The translations under genes and the position numbers were made by a program. From positions 47,481,731 through 47,525,976 of the forward strand of contig NC_068990.1 of assembly GCF_001194135.2 (NCBI RefSeq): a DNA stretch of 44,246 nucleotides, in the 5' to 3' direction. Below, in pieces: positions 1-11,800 of this stretch. Source of the DNA: Octopus bimaculoides. Its lineage: Eukaryota. Below the pieces are notes generated by a model. It saw only the letters and a list, made by a program, of their open reading frames with translations. It made no database searches and was not told where the DNA came from. Each line of letters opens with the position of its first letter. The stretch's first letter is position 1.

Positions 1-575
1 GTTTATGTTTGTAAATTTGGCGGGGAACAAATTGTTAGTAAATACGGAATTCTTTTGCCTTTGCAATCTTCTTGTTTTCATAATGGTTATTGTAATTGAA
101 CTGAAAAATAATTTGTAATAATTATATTAAATTTCCCATAACGAATTAGCAAACAATATAAATGGTAAATAAAATTTTAAAAAACAACACATAACTATAC
201 CACGTGCTATGACAAGGTATTTGTAGGAGTTGTCTTTCCCTGAAACGTTTATTTCGATTTATTCTTATGATATTAATCCGTTATCAGTATTTAATCTTAT
301 TTAATTTGTTCTTATATAGCTTTTAATTGTCCTCAAATCTCTCTCGATCACCTTGTTTGAAATGTAACCAGGAAAAGACAGGATGGTCATTGTCGGAAGG
401 GTTTATTCGATCAAGGTTGACTTAACACTAAACAATAACATGTGACACATCGATTTTCTGTGAGCCAGTGAGGGTGCCTCTTAGTAGTCGCTCGATCAGT
501 CAGCTAGAAATAGCAGCCAAATGTATCTCAAATCACTCATCAGTTCATTCGAGTTTTGGTACTATTCAAGAAGAG

Positions 576-809
576 TGGTCCCGGTGCGCACACTCGCGCA
601 TCCGCGCTAGCGAGTCGTGATTAGTCGATCTTACGATTACCTAGGGCGAGTGCGCGTCATGCGCAAAACATGTATGAGGGTTTTTTCTAAACAAAGTAAA
701 TAATTTTTTTACACAAAGTAAATGAATTACACACTACCTGTTTTTGGTGAAGAGGATCGACTAGTCACAACTCGCTAGCGCGGATGCTCGAGTGTGCGCA
801 CCGGGACCA
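576..809. mobile_element. GC-rich MITE-like element, 55-bp terminal inverted repeats, 3-bp TSD (GAG)
   Basis: TGGTCCCGGTGCGCACACTCG...GTCGATC (576-630) matches the reverse complement of 755-809 with 3 mismatches; GAG at 573-575 and 810-812. Confidence 0.85.
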
Positions 810-2164
810 GAGAAATTTCCTGTGGTAAAATGAGAAATACTCTGACAAAGTTGTAAANNNNNNNNNNNNNNNNNNNNNNNNNNNNNNNNNNNNNNNNNNN
901 NNNNNNNNNNNNNNNNNNNNNNNNNNNNNNNNNNNNNNNNNNNNNNNNNNNNNNNNNNNNNNNNNNNNNNNNNNNNNNNNNNNNNNNNNNNNNNNNNNNN
1001 NNNNNNNNNNNNNNNNNNNNNNNNNNNNNNNNNNNNNNNNNNNNNNNNNNNNNNNNNNNNNNNNNNNNNNNNNNNNNNNNNNNNNNNNNNNNNNNNNNNN
1101 NNNNNNNNNNNNNNNNNNNNNNNNNNNNNNNNNNNNNNNNNNNNNNNNNNNNNNNNNNNNNNNNNNNNNNNNNNNNNNNNNNNNNNNNNNNNNNNNNNNN
1201 NNNNNNNNNNNNNNNNNNNNNNNNNNNNNNNNNNNNNNNNNNNNNNNNNNNNNGTTTGCCTTAAATAATCGTAAATAATAATGAAATGTTAATTAAATAT
1301 ATACCATTTTATGAGAAACAAACATTAATATGTTTAATAATTGATATTATAAAGTTTAATAAGGGGCTTAAATTTCACCCCTCTCCAATTTTAAATTTTG
1401 AACTTTTTCATCCATTTATTTGTCTGTCTGTCTATTTATCCCTATCCGTTTATTCATATCTATCTATCTCTTTATATACATATCTATATGCTTATTGCTG
1501 AAAAAAATATTTAAAATGTCTGTTTTTATGTGTGTGGGGGGGGGGGATTACTGTGTGTTTCCTAAACATGCATTTTTCCAAGAGAAGTGTGATTCTGCAT
1601 TAGCCCCACAGATTCAGTCTTTTAATGCAGTTTTGATGTTTAACCCTTTCAACGTAGGAAGTGGATATATCCACCCCAAACTTTTATTACGGTTGACTGC
1701 AGAAAGCAGTTTTACCACCGTACTTTTTAGTAAAGACAAATTTTCAGATTTTCTTAATTTTTTTTCTCATTTTTCATCAAATATTTCTTTACAGTGCAAG
1801 CTTCATATACTTTCAGTAGTGGATATGAAAACTATACCTTTTCAGTAATACTGAAAAAGCATTGCAGAAGCAGAAAATATCAGTTCTATTGTTTTGTTGG
1901 CTAATTAATACCATTACAAAATGACTATGAAATTTAATTTTGCATTAAAGAGTTAATCCAATGGTTCCCACCCTGCGTTTAAATCCTGCTAAGGTTGACT
2001 TTGCCTTTCATTCTTTCAGAGTTGGTGAAGAAAAGTACCAATTCAAGATGCTGAATTAGTAGAACTGTTTAGATGATAGAGCAAGACACATTGTAGTATC
2101 TGTTCCAGCTCCTTTGCATTCTGACACTAATGCCTGTGATGACACTGGTATCAAATAATATCAG

Positions 2165-3050
2165 CTCAAATTGGAAGCTTTTCCATCATCACCATTCTGG
2201 CATGAGTTAGACAGTTTAACAAGAGCTGGCAAGCCACAGAGCTGCACCAGGCTCCATTGTCTACATTGGCATGGTTTCTGTGGCTGGATAACCTTCCTAA
2301 CACCAACCACTTCACAATGTACTGAGTGCTTTTTATGTGGCACTAGCACTTATGCTTTTCACGTGGTACTGACATCAGCAAGATTGCCAAGTAATTTATG
2401 AGATGAAAACCTCTCAACTGGGAGAGGGAGTGGAACTACAGGAAGTGGTATTGTACCAGGTGAGAGGTTAGAGCATAACAGAAGGATAGAAATAGATGTC
2501 TTATTACAGAGGAGATACGTGGCTACCCCAGGAGAAAAAGAGAGAAGAGGAGGGAGAGATTAAGGAAAAAGGTAGGGAGACAGAGAAAGAAATAGATGGT
2601 GTTGGAGATGCATCAGGACTTACCTGTGAGGTAGCAATGTGGGGAGGGTATAGAGCAAGATGTCTCATAAGAGTGCGAAAGGAGGTGTTTAGAGATGGGA
2701 AAGAGGTGACTAGCAAGTGATAGAGAAATAGGAGTGGCTGGATGGGGGTATGGTATATATGTGAGGGCATACATCATGTGCAGATAGGCATGTGAGAGAG
2801 TGGAGAAGCCCGCAGTAGGTAGTGATCATTGGTGTGGCTTTGGGGAAGATAGGTTGCAAGGAAGTTTTCACAGAGGACATTGTGTGTGTGCATGAAGTAG
2901 AGGGAGCCTGCCCCAATTTTACTTAGCTTGACATGTCCTCTCAAGCACAGCAAATCACCAGAAGTCTTGGTCCCTTATCATCTCCTCTGAGGCTCAACAT
3001 CCAAAGATCATTTCTTCAAACATTTTTAAACTAGGTTTGCACATGTATGT
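2165..3050 (-). mobile_element. Degenerate non-autonomous retroposon carrying an RTE-type 3' tail
   Basis: 2175-2400 resembles the reverse complement of the RTE 3' end seen at 8380-8510 and 31000-31150. The purine-rich body resembles 5290-5600. Confidence 0.5.
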
Positions 3051-3235
3051 ACAGCTGCATGGTCAACACTGACCAGTAGAGGCCCAACACTTTTTAAACT
3101 AACGTGCAGGTGTGACTATGTGGTTCAAAAGCTTGCTTCCAAACTATGTAGTTTTGTAGTGCTTTCTATGGACTCAGGGCTAACCAAAACCTAGTAAATT
3201 TGGTTGATGGAAAGAAGCCTGTTGTGCACGTCTAT

Positions 3236-4146
3236 ATATCATCATCATCATCATCATTTGACATCTGTTTTCCATGCTGGCATGGGTTGGACAGTTTGGC
3301 TGAAAACTGGGTTGCAATCTGATGTGGCATGGTTTCTACAGCTAGATGCCCTTCCTAATTCCAACCACTCCAAGAGTGCAGTGGGTGCTTTTTACGTGCC
3401 GCTGTCACAGGTGCCATTTATGATACACAAGCATTGGCCATGACTACACTCTCACTTGGCTTGACAGGTCTTCTCAAGCACAATATATTGCCAAAGGTCT
3501 CAATCACTGCCTCTGTGAGGCCCAAGATCAGGGAGTGCTTTTTACATGCCACCAGCACAGGTGCCTCATATACAACACTGGCATCAGCCACAACTACATC
3601 ATCACTTCACTTGACGAGTCCTCTCAAGTACAGCATATCGCTCAATGTTGAAAAGGTGCTTTTTATGTGTCGGTTGCATGACACTGGCATCAGGCATGAC
3701 TGCAATTTTACTTGGCTTGAAGGGTCTTCTCAAGCATGGTTATTTGTTATTGCCTCCATGAGGCCCAATGTTTGAAGATCATGGTTCATCACCTTGTTCC
3801 TTGTCTTCCTAGGTCAATGAGACAAGGTGATGAAGCCCATAGTCCCAGGACTTGATCACCTTGTCCCATATATATATATACATATATATATATATCATCA
3901 TCATCATCATCATTGTTTAACGTCCGCTTTCCATGCTAGCATGGGTTGGACGATTTGACTGAGGACTGGTGAAACCGGATGGCAACACCAGGCTCCAATC
4001 TAATTTGGCAGAGTTTCTACAGCTGGATGCCCTTCCTAACGCCNNNNNNNNNNACTGAGGACTGGTGAAACCGGATGGCAACACCAGGCTCCAATCTAAT
4101 TTGGCAGAGTTTCTACAGCTGGATGCCCTTCCTAACGCCAACCACT
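3236..4146 (-). mobile_element. RTE LINE 3'UTR/tail fragments (at least two) ending in (CAT)n
   Basis: (CAT)n followed by gtttaacgtccgctttccatgctagcatgggttgg...ggatgcccttcctaacgccaaccact, homologous to 30985-31150. Confidence 0.75.
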
Positions 4147-4425
4147 CATATATATATATTTAGTTCAAATTTACAGAAAACAAAAACAAAGACAGGTGAA
4201 GGAACAACAAGCAGGTGTATTAGTTTAATGCTCGGGAAGAATGGAAAACTCTTTGACAGAAAAGATTAAGAGGACAGAGATAGAAAACATTGTAATATGA
4301 TGGAGAAACATTGCAGCTGATTCCTTTTAATCTTTACTAATCTGTTTTAATAATTCCCTAACTGCACTGCTATAACTTAATCAAACTGTTGATGGTTATT
4401 TGCTTTTCTTTTTTAATTTTTACAG

Positions 4426-4467
4426 AGTGCAGATAATGCAAAAGCTGAAGTCAAGAAGCAGAAAACT
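4426..4467 (+). CDS. APEX1: APE1 N-terminal exon ([14 protein letters not shown])
   Basis: Polypyrimidine tract + tacag acceptor and gtaatt donor; 42 nt, phase 0/0. The K-rich peptide resembles the EAKKSKT segment of vertebrate APE1. It has no catalytic motif, so support is weaker. Confidence 0.7.
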
Positions 4468-7400
4468 GTAATTATGATTATTTTAATTATTTCTTAGAAA
4501 GGAGTTGTGGGGAGATGAGTTCTTTGTTTTATTTTCAGAAGGGGAAGGGCAGTGTACATGGCTTTTTTTCAGAGCCTTCAAGAATTGTGAGGAAAAGGAA
4601 GGGGAGAAGTTATCCTCAAATTAGAAATAATAGCTAAATGTCTTTCAAATCAACTTATTTAGAGGCTTCTTTGTTGGGTTGTTTCACACTGTGGAGATAA
4701 ATCGTTGTATTTGATTACATATAAGATGTACTTATTTTTCAAAAACATATCTCAAAACAACTCACCCTAGGCCCTATATTACATACTTTAAAGTACTAAA
4801 ACCTCTTTTTCTTGAATATGAAATTAGGGTGTTTCTAATATGCCCATGCATTTGTTATACCATGAAATATGGTTATATCGATACCAGTAATATTTTGGAG
4901 TTAATTCCAATGAACTATATTCCCCAATATAAATGTTTCGCTCTGTGTTATTCATAAGAATTTATTGGTGTTTTTTGGCAGAATCATTACAGTGCAGTAT
5001 TTAATTAGTCTTTCACATTCTGTTTATGTTCTGTTTTTGTATGTACCCATAAAGGTAATCATTCAACATTCAATAAAACAATTTCTGAGGTTGATATCAT
5101 CATCATCATCATTATTATTCACTGTCTGTATTCTGTGTTGGTGTGAATTGGATAATTTAACAGGATCCTACAGGTCAGGGTTGAGCTCCAGTGTCCATTT
5201 GGCATGGTTTCTAATGCAAACCACTTTACAGAGTGTACTTGATGCTTTTACATGTCACCAGCACTAGTGAGGTCACCAAGTAGCTTGCAAGACGTGACCA
5301 CTTGTTTGAGGGAGGTGGCTTATGCCAGATGCTGAGAGGAAAGAGTATGATAGAAGGATAGGAACAGTTGTCTTGCTGTAGAAGAAATACATGGCTTCCC
5401 CTGCTGGAAAAGGATAAAAGAAGATGGTAGTAATCAGGTGTCAAGATATACATGCAAGGTAACAAGTGGGTGAAGTGAGGAGGATAGGAACAGAGGAAAG
5501 GTGAGGGGGAATAGGGAGAGCAACAGATGAGTTGAGGAAAAGAATAGATGATGCAGTGAACAGCAAACAGGGATGATTGACTAAAACCTTTGATGATGAT
5601 ATCTTGCATGGCTGCAATCCAAAGACTAAAGAACTACAAACAGTGATCTCGAGCTCAGCAATATCTTCCTGCATTTTTAAACCAGAATAGTTTGTGACAG
5701 TATACAATAATCACATTAGACAATGTGTGTTGAGATCATAGATAATGAACGGTAAGGTTATTTGACTGTGTATGTTGTCATTAATCATTTCACTTGTAGA
5801 TTTATGAAATTTGTAAAATTGCCGTTGTCAATTCTTTCAAAAGGATGCTGAGAAACAAGAAGGTTCTTCAGATAAAGATGGCCAGACTCACAACTTAAAA
5901 GTTATATCCTGGAATATTAATGGAATTCGAGCTTTCTTGGGTGTGAGTACAATAATGTGATATCATTTATATATTATTTCTATTCACTTTTCATCAGAGA
6001 GTTTAAGTAACACCTAATTTGAAAATTATGATGACTCCGTTCAGTCAAGAACACACATAAATAATAAAGAGGGCAAATCTGCACAGTCCACATAGGACTC
6101 CTAGCTTCATTCTATGCCTGCAGATCAATGAAAATTCTGCTACTAAGAACAAGAAAGGTTAAGAAGATATCTGAATTTGCTACCTGCTGAATATTTGCAA
6201 TATAAACACAGGCATAGTTAAGAAGCTCACTTCAGAACCACATGGTTTCAGGTTCCATCCCACTGTGCAGAATCTTGGCCAAGTTCCTTCTACTATAGCC
6301 CGGAAACTAAATGAAGCTTATGTATTTATATTCATTTCGCCTTGTCTTTGACATCATGCACTTATTGTATACAAATGTCACCATCTTAGAACTGGTTTCT
6401 CATACTTGCAGTATTTCATGAAACATGTCTAGCTATTTCATCAGTTGCTCCAACATTCATTTTTGTGAGTTTCTTGGCTTTGTGGATAAGAAGTTTGCTT
6501 CCGCATTCAGTATCACTGTGTGGCAATGGGCCCAGACCTACCAAACACTTGTATGTCAATTTGGTAGATGGAAAGTGTGAGGAGCCTGTCATGTGTATGA
6601 GTTGGTGTCTCCTCGTCCTAATATCATGTGATTGTTGCAAATGTCACTGTCATCCAAGCAGTATCCAATCTTCCCTATGAACATGCCCAGCCAAGGGGAA
6701 ATAATTTCCTTGATATTGTAAATTTTATATTTTTATAATTATAGAAAAATGGATTTGACTATTTCAAGAGAGAGGACCCAGATATATTTTGTCTTCAAGA
6801 AACAAAGTGTCCTGAATCACAAGTCCCCGAAGACTGTAAAATCAAAGGTTATTATAACTACTGGTACAGTGCTGAGACTGATGGTTATGCAGGATGTTGT
6901 TTGTATAGCAAGAAAAAACCAATCTCTGTCACCAAAGGAATTGGTAAAGTTCAGTTAATTTCTTTAATCTTTCATGTCCTCTTTTATGTGCGTTATATCT
7001 ACTTGTTAATAGTATGTGTGTATGTATATCATCATCATTTTAATGTTCACTTTTTTATGCTCACATGGGTTAATCAGAATTTAAGGCAGATTTTCAATGG
7101 CCAGATGTCCTTCCTGTTGCTAATCTTACTTGTTTCCAATTAAGGCAATATTTCTTCAGTTGTGGAAGCAAGATCTAGAATTGAAGGGCCTTAAAATTAA
7201 CCTAGCAAAAACCAAAGTTTTAGTAAGTAGAAAAGCAGACAAATCACAAATCCCCAGAGGTAGATGTTACTGCTTGATCTGTAGGAAAGGCATTGGTAGA
7301 AATGCCATACAATGTACCCAATGTAAGCTATGGACACACAAGAGATGCAGCAATATCAGAGGAAGGTTAACAGGGAAACTAGTTTTTGTGTGTGGAAGGT

Positions 7401-8865
7401 GCACAGGTACAATTAACACTAAAAATGTACAGATAATAGACTCCATCAAATACCTGGGGGAAAAACTAGTAGTTCATAGCTTCCAATACATAGGTGACCA
7501 AGTCAGTAGCAGGGGTGGATGCTCTGAGAGCGTAGCTGCTAGAATAAGAATAGGTTGGGGAAAGTTTAGAGAGCTCCTACCTCTGTCAATAACAAAGAGC
7601 CTCTCCTTTAGAGTGAAAGGCAGATTGTATGATGCCTGTGTTGCGAACTGCCATGCTACACAGTAGTGAAACATGGGCTGTAACTGTCGAGGACGTGTAG
7701 GCTTGAAAGAAATTAAGCTAGCATGCTTTGCTAGATGTGCAATGTCAGTATACATGCACGACAGACTTTAAATGTCTTGAGAGAAAAGTTGGGCATAAGA
7801 TGTGGCGTGCAAGTTACGACTGCGCATGGATGTGTTAAGAAGTGCCAATCTCTACCAGTGAAAGGAAGCTGTGGAAGAGGGAGACCCAGGTCTGACCTGA
7901 AACCATGTGGTTCTGAAGTGAGCTTCTTAACCCATGGTCTTCAAACGTTGGGCCTCATGAAGGCAATGACTGGTGACCGAGACCTATGACGATATGCTTG
8001 ACAAGACCTGTCAAGCCAAGTAAAATCATAGTTGTGACTGTTGTCGGTAACACATAACTGGCACCCATGCCAGTGGCTCATAAAAAGCACCTTTTGAGTG
8101 TTGGGCCTCATGGAGGCAATGACAAATGATTGAGGCCTTTGGCAAAATGCTGTGCTTGAGAAGAAAGATCCATCAAGCCAATGAGGTCAATGCCAGTGTA
8201 GCATAACTAGCATCTGTGCTGGTAGCACATAAAAGCACCTTTCAAGCGCTGGGCCTCGCAGAGGCAATGGCAAATGACAAGTGAAATCATAGTTGTGGCA
8301 GATACTGGTGTCATGCAACTGGCACCCATGCCAGTGGCATGTAAAAGCACCCATTACACTCCCAGAATGGTTGGCATTAGGAAGCATCCAGTTGTAGAAG
8401 CCATGCCAAATCAGACTGGGGTCTGGTGCAGACCCTCAGCTTACCAGCCTTGGTCAAACCATCAAACCCATGCCAGCATGGACAAATGGATGCTAAATGA
8501 TGATGATGATGATCAGATGTTTTCACTGATTGAAAATGATGGTGACACCTGTTTCCAACTATCATGCAATATCAAGACAAAGCAACATGAACACACACAT
8601 ATATATGTAATACAACAGGCTTATTTCACTTTTCCCTCTGCCAAATCCACTCACAAGGTTTACGTCAGCCTGAGACTGTAGTAGAAGACACTTGCCACAG
8701 GTGCCACATAGTGGGACTGAAATCAAAACCATATGGTTGGGAAGTAAAATTTCCAATGATACAATGTATGGCTGTGTAGTTGAGAATTTTACTTCCCAAC
8801 CGTAGCTTCAGCCTGACTACAAAGCCTTGTGAATGGATATGGTTGACAGAAACTGAAACAAGCCC

Positions 8866-8899
<34 letters not shown>

Positions 8900-11800
8900 T
8901 ATGTATATGTCTAGGAGAAGTATTTGTGTATCCTTATCTTAGCATCATTATACATTGTTTACAGTCAGTGTAATTGAGGATGCCATTACACCTCCTCTGA
9001 CCATCTCCCCATCATTCTTTGTATCACTCAGTATCCAACATACTTTTCAATTTCCATGCCACCCAGATCATAATGTAATCCTTGTATTGTCCTTTTTCAT
9101 GCCCTGATGATTTTCAACCCAAGGTATTTTGAAATGCAAGCTTATATATCTATATAGGTTTTGTAGTTTAAACTGGATGCGAAATGAAACAATTGTAGGT
9201 GAAGATGTTAATTAATTAATTTGTTTCCATTGGATCTCTGTTTTCAAACCTAATAATTACATGCACACATACATGTATAAAAGATTCATGCTGTTTCTTT
9301 TTAGCTCTAGTTTTCAAATCTAGAGGACATAAATTTCGGCTGTGCAAAAATGCTTGTTTATCAACAGTAACATTTTCATATCTTGTGAGAGCTAGATGAA
9401 AATAATCATAAATTTGAGTGTCTTTATGAAAAATAAAAAAGAAAGTACTTGTAGCAAATGTAAGCTCACAAACTATAGAGATGCTCCATAACATACATAG
9501 TAAACTATATTACTTGCTCCAAGAGAGTCTGTACACTAGGACTTTTGTTATTTCAGGAATTGAGAAACATGATAAAGAAGGAAGAGTTATCACTGCCGAA
9601 TTTGAAAAGTTCTATGTTGTCACAACCTGTAAGTAACGTTTACAGCTTTGCTAACTTTTAATTGTTTAAATGTTATCCTTGCATGAGAGACAACAGCTAT
9701 GTGAGTTGCTTTGGGTTTTTTTTTCTATAATAGAAACACTCATTTTAAACTGTTCATATCTAAATTAAAACTTACCATTATGGTTTTATGTATGAACCTT
9801 TTAAGTTGTGTGTCAGCAGCCAGCTCATTATACATTAATAAATGAAACAAAGTGGTTATATTAAAAAGTTTCTTCCAAATACTTTATGGTTTGCAAAATT
9901 ATTAAAACAGTGAAAATACAGGCTAACAGAGAAAGTAAGCTTCATATTTGTCATTTGCACTGCTGAGAGCCCCTTCGGTCATGACTGACCATGGGATTGC
10001 ACCTAGAAAGTTACCTTCGCAGGCACAAGTCCAGGCAAGGTTGTTTATGGAAGACCAGCAGTTGCCCATGCATACCAGCCTCCCCTCTCCATGCCACCAG
10101 TGTTATCCAAGGGAAAGGCAAAGGCTGATACAGCTTGGCACCAGTGACATCGCAATTCATTTCTACAGCTGAGTGAACTGGAGCAACGTCAAATAAAGTG
10201 TCTTGCTCAAGAACACAACATGCAGCCCGGTCCGGGATTCAAACTCACAACCTCACGATCGTAAGCTCGACGCTCTAACCACTGAGCCATGCGCCTTCAC
10301 CATTTACACTAGAGAGATACATATTGTGAACACACCAGAAATAGATTCTCTTAAATGACGAGATGGCTCACTTGAAGTAGTTGATAGCTTTTCTTAGCTA
10401 GATGTAATTAACAAACAAGGCAGTTTGTTTCAAAAGTATAGCAGCCTGGCTAAGAACAGGTTGGGAAAAGTTCAGAGAATTTCTACCATTGCTGGCAACA
10501 AAGGTCTTTTTCTTCAGAGTAAAGGGCAGATTGTATGATGCTTGTGCTATGATGCTGCATGGCAATAAGACATGACCTTTAAATGCAGAGGACTTTATAA
10601 ATCTGGAAAGAAATAAAGCCAGCATGCTCAAATGGATGTACAATGTAAGTGTGCATGGACAACAAAATACAAATATGTGGAGGAAAAAACTGGGCATAAG
10701 AGGAATCAGATGTAGTACATAAGAAAGAAGACTGTGCTGGTATGGGCATGTGATGCATATGGATGAGGGCAGCTGTATAAAGAAGTGCTGCTCATACTAA
10801 ATGGACAGAGCTTGCAAAAGAGAGAAACCCAAGAAGTATTTGAAGGCTGATCTTGATTGTCACGTATGTGCAATAAAATCTTGGTTTCTCATTCATGTAT
10901 AGCTTATAGGAATTTTGTACAAATTATGAGCACATGTCCCCTTCCAGTGCACCATATCTGCCTGTCATCTATACCCCATATTATCGTATGTAAGAGAGTA
11001 ATGTTATCCTAATATAATTTATTGTTTTAGAAGCCTGTAATAAATGCTTCTCGTGTCTCTTTTTATTTAGAGACAGAGTTGCTTCCCTTAGTTTAATGTT
11101 TTCGCTGGTTTACCTGCAGCTTGCAGTAGATAGATGTTTGTTACAGTCAATAAAAGTTGTAAAATAGTATTATTTGGGGTGTTTGTGCAGATTCACATTG
11201 TAACTTCATGAATACGTTTGAGCATTATTTTGTTTTATATAGTTTATCTAAGTTAGTTGGGGCTGACAGGAATACATACCTCTACAGGCTGATGAATTAT
11301 CTGTTTTACAACCTTCGACTGTGTAGCTGCAGTAAACTGTCGCTCTTTGTGATAACCTTTTCTACAACTGGTCTAGCTGAGCTTGCATTATTTAAATATC
11401 TTGATCATGTACAAAACCAATGATAGATGGACAATTTACATCTTTCAAACTGTTGCCCAATATTGTAATGGTTCATCCAGTTGCTTGCAATTCTCATATG
11501 TTTTGTGTATGTATAAAAAATGGTAATAAGTAGGAAATTACATCCAAAGAAAATAAATACTTTGATGTTGAACTGTAGCAGATGTGGGACATTCATTTTA
11601 TTGAAACCACAAATAATGTTAGATTAAAAAGTTTTGGAATTTATACCTTTTATTTCTTTTCTTTTCTACAGATATTCCTAATGCTGGCAAGAAATTAGTC
11701 CGATTGGATTACAGAATCAAAGAATGGGATGTGGATTTCTTAGATTATCTTGTCAAGTTAGATGGAAAGAAACCTGTCATATTATGTGGAGATCTGAATG

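Noticed and set aside
3958-4139. Exact 86-bp direct repeat (3958-4043 = 4054-4139)
   Set aside because: It flanks a 10-N gap and is 100% identical, so it is an unmerged contig overlap rather than a biological duplication or CRISPR-like repeat
10225-10300. tRNA-like sequence with A and B boxes on the minus strand
   Set aside because: It continues directly into a SINE body, with no acceptor stem closure or poly-T terminator; SINE head, not a tRNA gene
9952-10310. catttgcact / catttacact as a 10-bp TSD of the SINE
   Set aside because: One mismatch, and the left copy may be part of the SINE's own 3' end; undecidable without a consensus
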